Shown here in pieces: positions 45,828 through 56,765 of a DNA stretch of 64,000 bases. The notes under the pieces were generated by a model that worked only from the letters and a program-made list of their open reading frames with translations, was not told where the DNA came from and made no database searches. The stretch lies in assembly GCA_963793265.1 (NCBI GenBank), contig CAWBZI010000007.1:96001-160000 (forward strand), read 5' to 3'. The first letter of the stretch is position 1, and each line of letters starts with the position of its first letter. The position numbers and the translations under genes were made by a program. Source of the DNA: an uncultured cyanobacterium (GTDB taxonomy: Bacteria; Cyanobacteriota; Cyanobacteriia; Phormidesmidales; Phormidesmidaceae).

Positions 45828-47252
45828 ATGTTCGGAGCGGCTTTTCGACGGCTTACCTTGGGCAATTTTGCATTTGACCAGTGGCGGCAGGTAAGTGTGC
45901 TGCATAAGCTGCTTTCGCCTTTGCGGAGCTGGCGGCAGGGGAGCTGGCTGCTGGCCTGGGGTGATGGGATTGCCTGGGTGTTTGTGGCGCTGATGTTTGC
46001 GATCGCGCCCTATGTCTCTACGACGATGATTGGCTTTTTGCTGGCGGTGGCGGCGGGGTTCTGGCTGCTGCTGACGGTGAGCGATCGCGCCGAAGGCTGG
46101 CTGACGCCGCTGCATATTGTGGTGATGGTCTACTGGGGGGTGATGCTGGTGGCGACGGCGCTTTCTCCGGTGAAGGCGGCGGCGCTCTCAGGGCTAGTTA
46201 AGCTGACCTTGAATGTCTTTTTGTTTATGCTGCTGGCGCGGATACTGCGAATTAAGGAGCTGCGTTCGGGGCTGATTTTGGTGTATTTGGCGACGGCGGC
46301 GCTGGTGTCTATCTATGGCGTGCGGCAGTGGTTTTCGGGGGCTGAGGCGCTGGCGACCTGGGTTGATCCTGAGTCGAATATGGCGGGGACAACGCGGGTT
46401 TATAGCTATTTGAAGAATCCTAATCTGCTGGCGGGCTATCTGATACCTGCTGTGAGCTTTAGCGCAATGGCGATGTTTGCCTGGCCGAAGTGGTTGCCGA
46501 AGGTGCTGGCGGGGGTGCTGTGCTTGGTGAATACGGCCTGTTTGGTGTTGACGCTGAGCAGGGGGGGATGGCTCGGGTTTGTGGCGGCGGCGTTTGTGAT
46601 GATTGTGCTGCTGGTGTTTTGGTGGAATCCTCGGTTCCCGAAGTTTTGGCGGCAGTGGGCGCTGCCGATGCTGGTGGTGGGCTCGATGGCGTTTGTGGTG
46701 GCAAGTGTAGTGCTGGTGCCGCAGGTGCGTGAGCGGGTGGTGAGTATCGTGGATTTGCGCGGCGATAGCAGTAATAATTTTCGGCTGAATGTGTATGAGG
46801 CGGTGTTTGCTATGTTTCGCGATCGCCCCATTATCGGAATTGGGCCGGGTAACAGCGCGTTTAATGCGATCTATCCTCTGTTTCAGCGGACGGGCTACTC
46901 GGCGCTGAGTGCCTATTCTATTTACTTTGAAACGGCGGTTGAGGCCGGAATTTTGGGACTGTTGTCGTTTGGCTGGCTGCTGGTGGTGGCGTTTCAGCAG
47001 GGCTGGGTGCAGCTCGGCAAACTGCGTTCGGCAGCAGGTGAGGTGATTGATGCTCAGGGCTATTGGCTGATTGGAGCGCTGGCGGGTATGGCTGGACTGC
47101 TGGTGCAGGGGACGTTTGATACGGTCTGGTATCGTCCGCAAATTAGTACGCTTTGGTGGATGCTGCTGGCGATTGTGGCGAGTTTTTATGTAGAGATTCG
47201 GCAAAAGTATAGAGAGAAAGAGGATAGGGTTTTTGTCGAATCAGATGAGTGA
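45828..47252 (+). CDS. ictB: IctB family membrane protein (O-antigen ligase-like)
   Basis: LATWVDP, RVYSYLKNPNLLAGYL, SRGGW, DSSNNFR, GIGPGN, DTVWYRPQ. Confidence 0.88.
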   Translation: MFGAAFRRLTLGNFAFDQWRQVSVLHKLLSPLRSWRQGSWLLAWGDGIAWVFVALMFAIAPYVSTTMIGFLLAVAAGFWLLLTVSDRAEGWLTPLHIVVMVYWGVMLVATALSPVKAAALSGLVKLTLNVFLFMLLARILRIKELRSGLILVYLATAALVSIYGVRQWFSGAEALATWVDPESNMAGTTRVYSYLKNPNLLAGYLIPAVSFSAMAMFAWPKWLPKVLAGVLCLVNTACLVLTLSRGGWLGFVAAAFVMIVLLVFWWNPRFPKFWRQWALPMLVVGSMAFVVASVVLVPQVRERVVSIVDLRGDSSNNFRLNVYEAVFAMFRDRPIIGIGPGNSAFNAIYPLFQRTGYSALSAYSIYFETAVEAGILGLLSFGWLLVVAFQQGWVQLGKLRSAAGEVIDAQGYWLIGALAGMAGLLVQGTFDTVWYRPQISTLWWMLLAIVASFYVEIRQKYREKEDRVFVESDE

Positions 47253-48138
47253 GATGAGATTGCCGGATGCGGCGAAGGTGCTGGTGGAGACGCTGACGGA
47301 GGAGACTTCGGTAGCGATCGCCCAGCAAATTCAGTGGACAGATATATCGCTTCCTTTTGGTACGGTGGCGACGAGCTATGTGTGCCAGGGTGAGGGGGTG
47401 CCGATTGTTTTGCTGCACGGGTTCGACAGCTCCCTGTTTGAGTTTCGGCGGCTGGTGCCCTTGCTCGCTGAGCGCGCCCAGGTGTGGTGCTTAGATTTGA
47501 TGGGGTTTGGGTTTTGCGATCGCACGGCGAGCGATCGCGTTGATCCTGAGGCTATCAAGCAACACTTACACGCCTTTTTAACTCAGGTCATCAAAGCGCC
47601 AGTGGTGTTAGTAGGCGCATCTATGGGGGGCGGTGTGGCCATAGATTTTGTCACGAGCTATCCAGAGATGGTGAAACAGCTAGTGCTAATTGATGCGGTT
47701 GGCTTTGCCGCAGGCCCGGCGATCGGCAAGTTCATGTTTTCGCCCTTAGATAAGTGGGCGACGAACTTTCTGCGCAGTCCTAACGTGCGCCGCAAGATTA
47801 GTGAAAAGGCTTACTACAACAAAGCTTTTGTTACGCCCGATGCACAAGTCTGCGCGTCTTTGCATTTGCTGATGCCAAAATGGCAGGAAGGACTAATCAC
47901 GTTTACGAAAAGCGGTGGCTATAACTTTCTATCGAAGCGGATTGCTCAGGTGGCGGTGCCGACGCTGGCAGTTTGGGGTCGGCAGGATAAGATTTTGGGC
48001 ACAAAGGATGCAGCGCGATTTGAGCAAGAGATTGATGATTGCAAACTGGTGTGGATAGAGGACTGCGGCCATGTGCCCCATCTAGAGAAGGCGGCTGATT
48101 GCGCGCAACACATGTTTGAGTTCCTTTCGCTAGGATGA
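47245..48138 (+). CDS. Alpha/beta fold hydrolase
   Basis: LLHGFDSS, GASMGG, CGHVPHLE. Confidence 0.9.
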   Translation: MSEMRLPDAAKVLVETLTEETSVAIAQQIQWTDISLPFGTVATSYVCQGEGVPIVLLHGFDSSLFEFRRLVPLLAERAQVWCLDLMGFGFCDRTASDRVDPEAIKQHLHAFLTQVIKAPVVLVGASMGGGVAIDFVTSYPEMVKQLVLIDAVGFAAGPAIGKFMFSPLDKWATNFLRSPNVRRKISEKAYYNKAFVTPDAQVCASLHLLMPKWQEGLITFTKSGGYNFLSKRIAQVAVPTLAVWGRQDKILGTKDAARFEQEIDDCKLVWIEDCGHVPHLEKAADCAQHMFEFLSLG

Positions 48139-48171
48139 GGCTTTAATCACAGAGCATTTTGAAGGGGCGAT

Positions 48172-49515
48172 ATGCGCTATTGGCAAGGTTTTTTGGGTCT
48201 ATGTTTACTGCTAGGAGGCTGTCAAAGCAGTGCGGTCGAGCAAGGTAGTGTAGAACCAGAGGTGACTCAGACTGAGGCGATCGCCCAAACGAATGCGCCT
48301 CAAACATCTGTGCCCGAGAGTGCTCAAATACCCACAAATCTACTCACACCTGAACCGATCAATATCGCTTTGACTGGCCTGCCTGAGCCCTACGCCTCTG
48401 AAAGCGCCAGCCAGTCGCCAAACGTAATTCCGCCCCCAGCAGATGCGACGTTCAATGTGCCTGAAGGATTTGCGGTAAATGTGTTTGCCGAAGGGCTAGA
48501 TCGGCCTCGATGGCTGGCGCTAACACCCGAGGGTGATGTGCTGGTAACCGAGACACGAGAGAACAGAATTCGGCGGCTAGTAGATGCGAACGGCGATGGC
48601 GTTGCTGAGCAGCAGGAGACATTTGCAACCGCCCAGAATGGGTTGGATATTCCGTTTGGCATGGCGTTTGCTGACGGGGCTTTTTTCTTAGGAAATACGG
48701 ATGAGGTGCTGCGGTTTCCGTATGAGAGTGGGCAGGCGGCATTAGAAGGGAGAGGCGATCGCATTGCAACCCTCCCCGGTGGCGGCTACAACCAACACTG
48801 GACGCGAAATGTTGTTGTTTCTCCTGAAGGCGATCGGCTCTACGTCTCCATTGGCTCTCAGTCAAACGCCAGTGAAGAACCCCTACCCCGCGCATCTGTG
48901 CAAACCATGGCGCTAGACGGCAGCGGTATGCGTACGTTTGCCAGCGGCCTCCGCAATCCTGTCGGCCTAGACTTTCACCCCGCAACGGGCGAGCTATATG
49001 CGACGGTGAATGAGCGTGATGGGCTCGGTGATGACTTGGTGCCTGACTACCTTACGCAGGTGGAAGAAGGCGCGTTTTATGGGTGGCCCTATACCTATCT
49101 CACGCCTGATAATCTAGACCCGCGTCAGGTGGTGAACGGCGCGAGTAAAGCGCCCGACTTGGCAGCGCAAACTAAAACGCCCGATGTTTTATTCCAGTCG
49201 CATTCGGCGGCTTTGGGCCTACAGTTTTACGATGGTGAAACGTTCCCCGAGCGCTATCAAAACGGTGCGTTTGCGGCGTTTCGCGGCTCGTGGAATCGCA
49301 GTGAAGGAACCGGATACAAGGTTGTTTTCATCCCATTTGATGAATCGGGACGCGCTGAAGGAAACTACGAAGACTTCTTAACGGGCTTTTTGATTGACCC
49401 GAGCGGGCCAACAACTTGGGGAAGGCCAGTAGGACTGCTGACAATGCCGGATGGTTCGCTATTGGTGACAGATGAGGCAAACAACAGAATTTATCGAGTG
49501 CATTATGTGGGGTAG
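48172..49515 (+). CDS. Sorbosone/PQQ-dependent sugar dehydrogenase-family lipoprotein
   Basis: Lipobox LLGGC, HWTR, GLRNPVGL, NERDGLGDDLVPDY, GSWNR, GRPVG. Confidence 0.88.
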   Translation: MRYWQGFLGLCLLLGGCQSSAVEQGSVEPEVTQTEAIAQTNAPQTSVPESAQIPTNLLTPEPINIALTGLPEPYASESASQSPNVIPPPADATFNVPEGFAVNVFAEGLDRPRWLALTPEGDVLVTETRENRIRRLVDANGDGVAEQQETFATAQNGLDIPFGMAFADGAFFLGNTDEVLRFPYESGQAALEGRGDRIATLPGGGYNQHWTRNVVVSPEGDRLYVSIGSQSNASEEPLPRASVQTMALDGSGMRTFASGLRNPVGLDFHPATGELYATVNERDGLGDDLVPDYLTQVEEGAFYGWPYTYLTPDNLDPRQVVNGASKAPDLAAQTKTPDVLFQSHSAALGLQFYDGETFPERYQNGAFAAFRGSWNRSEGTGYKVVFIPFDESGRAEGNYEDFLTGFLIDPSGPTTWGRPVGLLTMPDGSLLVTDEANNRIYRVHYVG

Positions 49516-49527
49516 CAATCGAGAAGT

Positions 49528-50412
49528 TTATTTGAATCGCTGCATGAGCTTGGTTTTGTAGGGGGAGCCGAGCCGGGCGATCGCCTGAACCGGATGAATA
49601 GAAGCCGCCTTCAGAAATGCTTGAATAGCGGGGAGCGGAAACCCTCTACGCCACAGCATGTCAGCGTGATTAAACACGAAATCTGCATAGCGAGCACGGG
49701 GATACTTTAGAAAGATGTCCTGATGTTTTTCGATCAGGTGCTGAAAGTTTTGCTGTCGCCGATGCAGGCTTGAAGAGACTCTTGGCCCACTGTGGGCTGT
49801 TAGCTGGTAGGTCACCACCGGCAGACCTACTAAAGAACAAACAGGATTGAGCCGAAGAAAAAGCTCTGTGTGTACCCTGGATGTAAACGACTCATCAAAG
49901 CCGCCAATATCTAGTAGCACCTGGCGCTCTACAACAAGCGTTTGCTTAGACGAAAAAGACAGCCCTGGATCGATGGTTTCTAAGCAAAAATGACTTCCTT
50001 TAGGTAGCGAGGGCGGCGTGTGCGTCTTGCATATTTGCTGCTGTTCATTCACCTCTACGAGCGCCGATAGCACGCCGACCGGCTGCGGTAGCGTTGTGTT
50101 TTCGAGCGCTTCAAAGGATACCTCAGCCATGTGGGGCAGCAGCTCATCATCGTCGTCTAAATAGGTAATCCAGCGCGCTTTAGCAGCCTTTGCGCCGATA
50201 TTGCGAGCGGCAGCACCGCCCTGGTTTTGAGAGAGACGAAGTACCTGTATGTCAGGATATTCTGGAAGAACCACAGGTGGCGTTGAGGCGTCGTCTACCA
50301 CAATAATTTCAATGCCCGAGAGAGTTTGAGCTAGGGCGCTGCGGATAGCTCGCCTGAGTAAGTCAGGTCGATTATGCGTCGGGATAATGATGCTAAGAGA
50401 AGGCGATCGCAT
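49528..50412 (-). CDS. Glycosyltransferase family 2
   Basis: SIIIPTHNR, VVDDAS, AARNIG, YLDDDD. Confidence 0.92.
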   Translation of the reverse strand: MRSPSLSIIIPTHNRPDLLRRAIRSALAQTLSGIEIIVVDDASTPPVVLPEYPDIQVLRLSQNQGGAAARNIGAKAAKARWITYLDDDDELLPHMAEVSFEALENTTLPQPVGVLSALVEVNEQQQICKTHTPPSLPKGSHFCLETIDPGLSFSSKQTLVVERQVLLDIGGFDESFTSRVHTELFLRLNPVCSLVGLPVVTYQLTAHSGPRVSSSLHRRQQNFQHLIEKHQDIFLKYPRARYADFVFNHADMLWRRGFPLPAIQAFLKAASIHPVQAIARLGSPYKTKLMQRFK

Positions 50413-50740
50413 TCTGTATTAAATCGTGGCCGGAGCTACACGGCGTAAGGGGTACGACAGATTTCATACTAGCTTAGTCCATACATCTTTTTGTAAAAGA
50501 CTGCTGTTGTAGAAGCGGAAATCGGCGAAATAAGCTCCTCAGCTTTGCAGACCTAAAATTATGCAATCTGCATACGAGTACGAACAATATGCATCGCAAT
50601 CTTAATTGCATGAGAGATCTCTTTTTAACTTTTTGTAAAACCCTGCACAATAGCGACTGTTAAAGCTTGAGAAACTTAGTTAAAACATTTTATTCCTGAA
50701 AAATCGTAGCTATCTAATTGCTCATTACTCTTTCTATTCT

Positions 50741-52093
50741 ATGAAGACTATTCCTCGCCCTCGAACTCCCGAAATGCTGCAAACACTTGAATGGGTGCTA
50801 GATCCTGTTGGATATATGCAGAAGAACTTCAGCCGTCACGGGGATATTTTTCAAGCGGCGATCTCGGGTAGGTCTAAGCCTTACCATTTACTTAGCAGAC
50901 CCAAAGACATTCAATACATACTGACTCGCGACACCAGCAAAGATCTGTCGTCTCCAGGAGAACTCAACCGGATACTCGAACCCATGATCGGTCAGCAAAA
51001 CGTGATCCTGCTGAGCGGCAAACAGCACCAGAAACGCCGACAGTTAGTAATGCCGCCTTTTCATAGAGAACATCTTTCCACTTACAATCAGGTGATACAA
51101 CAGATAACTGAAGCGGTCATTGCCCAATGGCAAGCTGGCGATAGCTTGGATGTTCGTATAGAGATGCAGAAAATCACCTTGCGGACGATTCTTCAAGTTG
51201 TGTTTGGCCTGTATCAGGGAGAGCGCTATCAAAAAATAGAGCAGCTCTTAAGCCTTCGTCTAAATATGGCCAGTACGCCGCTGACCGCTCTATCAGTATT
51301 CTTTCCATGGCTGCAAAAAGGTATCGGTAAATGGAGCCTGGGTGCAAAACTACTTCAGATAAAAGAAGACACCGACAAACTTTTGTTTGCAGAAATAGAA
51401 GAGCGCAGAGCTAATACAGACCCTGAGCGAATGGACGTTTTATCTCTGCTGATTGTCGCTCAAGATGAAGAAGGCAACCATCTTTCAAACCAGGATTTGC
51501 GCGACGAATTGATGACCCTGCTAGTTGCTGGTCACGAAACCACAGCCACCGCGCTTACTTGGGCAGTGTACTGGACGCTCTCTCTACCAGAAGTAAAGCA
51601 CAAGTTGGAGTCGGAGTTAAAGCTGCTTTCGGACTCTGACCGTGCAAACCAAATGCTGGCGCTGCCTTACCTGACGGCAGTTTGCAACGAAACCCTGCGC
51701 ATTCATCCGGTTGCGATGCTAACGTTTCCTCGCCGGGTAGAAGTTCCGCTGGAGATAGGCGGCTATCCATTTTCGTCGGGCGATCTTGTTATGGGCTGTA
51801 TCTATGCGCTACATCAAAGAGAAGAACTCTATCCTCAGCCGCAGGTATTTCGCCCCGAACGTTTCTTAGAAAGACAGTTTTCTCCCTACGAATTTATGCC
51901 ATTTGGCGGTGGCGTACGAAGATGCATCGGCACCGCGCTAGCCCAGTGCGAAATGAAGATTGTTTTAGGCACAATATTGAGCAAAACGGAGCTGTCATTG
52001 ACGAACGCTCGACCCGTACGGCCTGCCAGAAGAGGCCCCACTTTAGGACAAAAAACACCTGTACGGATTAATATAAACCGTGCGAGTGTTTAG
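50741..52093 (+). CDS. Cytochrome P450 (CYP110-like)
   Basis: AGHETTA, ETLR, FRPERF, FGGGVRRCIG. Confidence 0.93.
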   Translation: MKTIPRPRTPEMLQTLEWVLDPVGYMQKNFSRHGDIFQAAISGRSKPYHLLSRPKDIQYILTRDTSKDLSSPGELNRILEPMIGQQNVILLSGKQHQKRRQLVMPPFHREHLSTYNQVIQQITEAVIAQWQAGDSLDVRIEMQKITLRTILQVVFGLYQGERYQKIEQLLSLRLNMASTPLTALSVFFPWLQKGIGKWSLGAKLLQIKEDTDKLLFAEIEERRANTDPERMDVLSLLIVAQDEEGNHLSNQDLRDELMTLLVAGHETTATALTWAVYWTLSLPEVKHKLESELKLLSDSDRANQMLALPYLTAVCNETLRIHPVAMLTFPRRVEVPLEIGGYPFSSGDLVMGCIYALHQREELYPQPQVFRPERFLERQFSPYEFMPFGGGVRRCIGTALAQCEMKIVLGTILSKTELSLTNARPVRPARRGPTLGQKTPVRININRASV

Positions 52094-52197
52094 GTAGCAA
52101 AGTTAGGATTGCTGGCTAATGCGCTTTGCCTTTATAGCTGGCGGCTAAAACAAAAAGGCGTTTTGAGATAGAAACAGGGTAGCAAAATGCTGCAAAG

Positions 52198-54294
52198 CTA
52201 CGCTCTACCCTCTGAGGGTGCCAGACGAATTGAGGCTCTATAATCTGTTATCCATCTCTTGCTGAGCACTTCAAGCTGCTGCCGTTCCGCTGTGCCAAGG
52301 CTATTAGGATCGAATCGGTGACGGTAGTGCAGCATCAAAATCGTTTGCAAGCCTGCCCACTGTATTTCTGATAGATTCTCTCGCAGGCGATCGCCCCACT
52401 GCAAAAAAGACTCCGCCGGTAGCCGCTGCAAATCTTGCGCGCTCAGATGCTGCTCAATGTCATATAGCTCTGAATCTAGTCCTTTGGCTACCGACTCCGC
52501 ATTCTCTTTTAAGCCCAAGACTTCTAATGTATTTTTCCGCTGCCCTTGAAATGACTGCGTAGAGCGCCAGAGTAAATAGCAAAAGAGCGGTATTACAATC
52601 ATGAGTACTTCTTTTAGTCCTAACTCTCCTAGCTGACGAATTCGGTAGGTGCTTTGAAACCCTAAAAAGGACATAAAATCTGAAATATTTTGCCAGGATG
52701 TCCTTAGTTCTCTATCCCTTGTTGTCCAGTCAGGCGGCGTGGTGTCTAGGGTCTGCCAAGCGCCCTCTAGATAGACCAGCGTCCAGGCGTGGGCATCGCG
52801 GCTGCGAACAATATATTGATTTTCGAGCGCGCTAAACTCATGGACGGAATAGCCTACGGCGTAGCGAGCTGGAATCCCCGCCCCGCGTAGCAATAAGGCG
52901 GTGGCACTGGCAAAGTACTCGCAGTGGCCCGCTTGGGTATTGAGCAAAAAGTCCGAGACTGCGGAGGTGTTGGCTGCTGGTTTTAGCAAATCGAGAGAGT
53001 ATTTGAAGTTTTGAAGGTAGGCGGCAATCTGGTTGGCGATCGCACGATCTGATCCAGTGAGGTCAAGCTTTGCCAGAGTGCTTTCAACCGCAGCTTTATC
53101 GACATTGGGAATTTGTAAATCTGTCGGCGTCGGCGGTATGTCGGCAAGCGGCGTCTCCCTGCCTGATTCAAACTGCACCTCGTAGGCCGCGGTGCCGGTA
53201 GCATCTACCTGCACCGCGCCGTATTGATTGCGCTGCATTTCTTCAACGGGTAGCTGACGAATAGTGGAAGTGCCGCGCGGTAGGGTTAGGACGCCATCAC
53301 CGCGTTCTAAATCCGTAGAGATGGTGATGGATTTGGTGCGATCGCCCGCTGCTCCGAGTATCCAACTACCCGCTTCATCGCCGGGCGGCACTGGGTTAAA
53401 GAGAGAATCGGTAGCCCGCCAGGCGGAGAGCTGGTACTGGTTGTAGACAGCCTCTTGAAGGAGTAAGGGAAACGTGTCAGAGGAGTTAGCCTCTAGCTGG
53501 CTTTCAGCAACGCGGAAGGCAATCCGGCCAGATAGCTTCAGTCTACCAATAGCACCCATCTGGGTGGCGGTGCCGTTGGGATTGATTCTACCGCTGGCGA
53601 TATTGCCGAGCATCGCAATGACTTGAGATTCTAAACGTTGCTGAAACTGCGCAAGCTGCAAATGGCCAGCAAACCCTAGACCTGTAGAAAGGCAAAAAAG
53701 CAGCACCCATAGAATTGGCGCTGAACGCCTTGGTCTGAGTGGCCACAGCAAAAGGGCGGTAAGCACAGTCGCCGCGCCATAGAAGAAAAACCGATCGGTA
53801 TCTGCCGCGCTAGCTGCCACCAGGCAGGTGCCAAAATAGAGATAGTACAGATTAAGCGGACTTCGCTGACGGCGAATGCCCCGCTTTAGCAGATGCGGAT
53901 CTGAAAACCAGTCGAGGAGTCGCGCCTGTGTGTCAATCCCGTAGGTTTGGGCGAGCAGTAAAGGGAGCAAAGCAGCAGGCAGCCATTGCAGCAGACCGTA
54001 GATAAAGAGTGATTTTTGAGTGGTGATGAGCACCGCGAGCAGCATGGCGAGAATGGCACCGCAGAGCTTAGCGGCTTCTTTAAGATCCGGTAGAGAGATT
54101 TCCCAGCGATGCTTCACCACATGGCGAGCTTCTAAGCTCAAAATGATAGGAATAGCGACCCAGAGAAGGCCCGTTTGCCATCCCCAGAGGGCCGTTGCTA
54201 GGCTGCATAAGCTGGCGTCGTTAAGCCAGGTAGATATCTGTTGGACAAACGTAGAGGATTGAGCCGATCTGGAGGGTGGCACGCTGGTTTTCAT
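52198..54294 (-). CDS. Membrane transglutaminase-like protein (TgpA type)
   Basis: Multiple TM helices, GHCEYFA, AHAW, LDTTP triad motifs. Confidence 0.88.
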   Translation of the reverse strand: MKTSVPPSRSAQSSTFVQQISTWLNDASLCSLATALWGWQTGLLWVAIPIILSLEARHVVKHRWEISLPDLKEAAKLCGAILAMLLAVLITTQKSLFIYGLLQWLPAALLPLLLAQTYGIDTQARLLDWFSDPHLLKRGIRRQRSPLNLYYLYFGTCLVAASAADTDRFFFYGAATVLTALLLWPLRPRRSAPILWVLLFCLSTGLGFAGHLQLAQFQQRLESQVIAMLGNIASGRINPNGTATQMGAIGRLKLSGRIAFRVAESQLEANSSDTFPLLLQEAVYNQYQLSAWRATDSLFNPVPPGDEAGSWILGAAGDRTKSITISTDLERGDGVLTLPRGTSTIRQLPVEEMQRNQYGAVQVDATGTAAYEVQFESGRETPLADIPPTPTDLQIPNVDKAAVESTLAKLDLTGSDRAIANQIAAYLQNFKYSLDLLKPAANTSAVSDFLLNTQAGHCEYFASATALLLRGAGIPARYAVGYSVHEFSALENQYIVRSRDAHAWTLVYLEGAWQTLDTTPPDWTTRDRELRTSWQNISDFMSFLGFQSTYRIRQLGELGLKEVLMIVIPLFCYLLWRSTQSFQGQRKNTLEVLGLKENAESVAKGLDSELYDIEQHLSAQDLQRLPAESFLQWGDRLRENLSEIQWAGLQTILMLHYRHRFDPNSLGTAERQQLEVLSKRWITDYRASIRLAPSEGRA

Positions 54295-55706
54295 AGCGTT
54301 AACAAGCCCTCCTGAATTCGGTTCAGGTGCAATACGTGAAGACTACTTTGATTGTTCCTCAAGCAGCTACGATCCAGTGGTTCTGCTAAGCCCGCCTCGC
54401 TGGCAATGATCAGCCCTAACGTAGGAATGTTCGCAGCTTGCAACTGTTCGACGAGCTGTTTGCGATCGCTGTCCCACGTCAAAAAGATACAGATACAGCC
54501 ACTCAAAAGGGAAAGGCGCGATCGCACCACCGTCAGCAGCGATTCAAAGGGACGATCCTGGCAGGGGACTGCTGAGGCTAGCAAAGCCAATAGGCTTTCT
54601 GTTTGCCCGGTACCGCGTCCTGCGGTGAAGTCGTGAGCGCGATCGCCCATAAAAAGCATGTCTAGCAGAGCGTCTTGCGCCTGTTGTCCTGTTGGCAGCG
54701 TGCAGGCAAAAGAGGCTGCAACGGCCACAGCTTCTTCCAACACCTCACTATAATCATCAGCTTGAAACGTATCGAGAATCAGCGCGTGCCGAACCGAGTA
54801 CGCGATCTGTTCTTCTTTGATAATAGGTTTACCCGTTTTTGCCCAGCTCTTCCAATGAATTTTTCGAGGAGAATCGCCGGGCCGGTACTCTCGCAGCGCC
54901 CTGAACTCTTCTGAGTTTCCAACAGAAGTAGCCAAAGCTAGCCCGTCAGACTGGTAGCGCCTAGTCCCTGGCAGTTGAATATTGGGCAGTTGATAGCGCT
55001 TCGGTAAAATCAAAACCTTTTGCGGCACTGATAAGGTGACGCAGCGGTTGACTAAGCCCAGCGGATCAGGACAGATCAAGGTGAGCTTGTTGAAGCTCAG
55101 CATCCCCCGGCGTAGCGGAATAAGTTCGGCGGTGACTTCGGTTTGTTGCTTGGGCGTAAGCGTCGGCAGCAAAATTGCAGGTGCAAATGCCCAGCGCCGC
55201 CGTGCTATGAGCTTAAGCCATGCACTTCGTCCATTTTTGGCTTGCATAGCTTTGCGAAATTCTGACAGGGTAGGAAAAGCCGCTTTGAAAGACTCGCTGG
55301 CGGCAAAACCGCTTTGCTTTGTTGAACTGTGGTTATGTAAGACTATTCGATATCGCAAAGAGACATCTACGCTACCGTATTGAGGCAGATGGCGAGTAGC
55401 GCTAATTCGGTATCGAGTGCAGCGAGCAGCGATGATAGAAACGATTAGCATCGCCAGCAAGAAAGTAAAAAGCTGATAAGATACGCTGCGTTTGATATCT
55501 AACCCAACCAGGCCAAAAACAAACAGCGCGCCTAATATACCAAGTCCGCTAGGCGTGAAGTACTGGGTTAGCCACAGCCGTAGCCCGTGACTAAACTTGA
55601 GTGTCCGATAGATCACTCGCATCCCCAGCGGGCTAGGCTTTAAGCTCTTTCCCAGAAGCTGTTTTAGTCTCTGGCGAACTTGTCGAAGAGAATCATATTC
55701 CTTCAT
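54291..55706 (-). CDS. DUF58 domain protein
   Basis: RRG...DPLGL, EFRALREYRPGDSPRKIHWKSWAK. Confidence 0.88.
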   Translation of the reverse strand: MKEYDSLRQVRQRLKQLLGKSLKPSPLGMRVIYRTLKFSHGLRLWLTQYFTPSGLGILGALFVFGLVGLDIKRSVSYQLFTFLLAMLIVSIIAARCTRYRISATRHLPQYGSVDVSLRYRIVLHNHSSTKQSGFAASESFKAAFPTLSEFRKAMQAKNGRSAWLKLIARRRWAFAPAILLPTLTPKQQTEVTAELIPLRRGMLSFNKLTLICPDPLGLVNRCVTLSVPQKVLILPKRYQLPNIQLPGTRRYQSDGLALATSVGNSEEFRALREYRPGDSPRKIHWKSWAKTGKPIIKEEQIAYSVRHALILDTFQADDYSEVLEEAVAVAASFACTLPTGQQAQDALLDMLFMGDRAHDFTAGRGTGQTESLLALLASAVPCQDRPFESLLTVVRSRLSLLSGCICIFLTWDSDRKQLVEQLQAANIPTLGLIIASEAGLAEPLDRSCLRNNQSSLHVLHLNRIQEGLLTL

Positions 55707-56671
55707 CAGGCTGGAACCGGGAGCGTTTTCAAGATATCTGTGATGATGCTTTCAGCAGTTGTTCCAGAAAATTGAGACTGGGCCTCCATGACCAGGCGAT
55801 GGGCTAGCACCGACGCCGCAATCTCTTGAATATGATCGGGCGTGACAAAGCTATACCCGTCAAACAGTGCGAGTGCTTGAGCCACTTTCATCAGGGCAAT
55901 AGAGCCCCGTGGACTCGCGCCAAGCTGAACGCCTTCGGCCTGGCGCGTAGCGTTGACAATATCGACCACATAGCGCTTTAGCTCAAGGCTCACGCGTACC
56001 TGCTTGACCTGCTGCTTAAGCATAAAAATCTCCTCAATCGCGACGCAAGGGCGCACTTGACTGATTGGATGGGTTTCAATCTGATTAGAGAGAATCTCGA
56101 CCTCTTGCGCTGGTGAAATATAGCCCAGTCGAAACTGCAAAGCAAAGCGATCCATTTGGGCCTCGGGCAAGGGATAAGTCCCGCGAGCGTCGATTGGATT
56201 TTGGGTCGCGATTACAAAAAAGGGATCTCGCAGTTGATTCAGCGTTCCGTCTATGCTGACCTGTGACTCGGCCATAGCCTCTAGCAGAGCCGATTGGGTA
56301 CGAGGGGAGGCTCTATTGATCTCATCGGCAAGCACAATATTGGCAAAGATGGGGCCTTCATGAAAGTGAAAGGTGCGTTTTTCAGGATCGAGAATAGAAA
56401 CGCCGAGAATATCGGAGGGTAGTAGATCGGGCGTGAACTGGATACGCTTGAATGTAGCGTCTACAGAGAAGGCAAGAGCCTTAGCGAGCGTCGTTTTGCC
56501 AGTACCTGGATGATCTTCTAATAGCACATGGCCGCTGCTAGCGAATGCGGCTAGCAGCTTACGAACTGCCGCAGGCTGACCTTTAACGACCTGCTGAATA
56601 TTGTCAGACAGACGGCTGTAAATAGCCTGACCCGATAGAACAGCCGGAGCCGACGTAGATGAAAGTGCCAT
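55706..56671 (-). CDS. MoxR family AAA+ ATPase
   Basis: PGTGKT, RIQFTPDLLPSD, DEINRA, ATQNP, YPLPEAQMDRF. Confidence 0.95.
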   Translation of the reverse strand: MALSSTSAPAVLSGQAIYSRLSDNIQQVVKGQPAAVRKLLAAFASSGHVLLEDHPGTGKTTLAKALAFSVDATFKRIQFTPDLLPSDILGVSILDPEKRTFHFHEGPIFANIVLADEINRASPRTQSALLEAMAESQVSIDGTLNQLRDPFFVIATQNPIDARGTYPLPEAQMDRFALQFRLGYISPAQEVEILSNQIETHPISQVRPCVAIEEIFMLKQQVKQVRVSLELKRYVVDIVNATRQAEGVQLGASPRGSIALMKVAQALALFDGYSFVTPDHIQEIAASVLAHRLVMEAQSQFSGTTAESIITDILKTLPVPA

Positions 56672-56765
56672 GGCAGAAGATTGAAACCAGGCGTAGCATA
56701 CCCAAATTAGAGCAAGCCGTCTTGATATAGCAAAAGTACGGATGAATTCGCACTTTTGCGCGCCA

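Noticed and set aside
34382..47204. Long antisense ORFs (34382-35074, 38018-38962, 46194-47204 and similar)
   Set aside because: Pro/His/Arg-rich shadows of G-rich genes on the opposite strand with no recognisable motifs
52198..56671. MoxR-DUF58-transglutaminase operon as a novel system
   Set aside because: Widespread, already described gene trio
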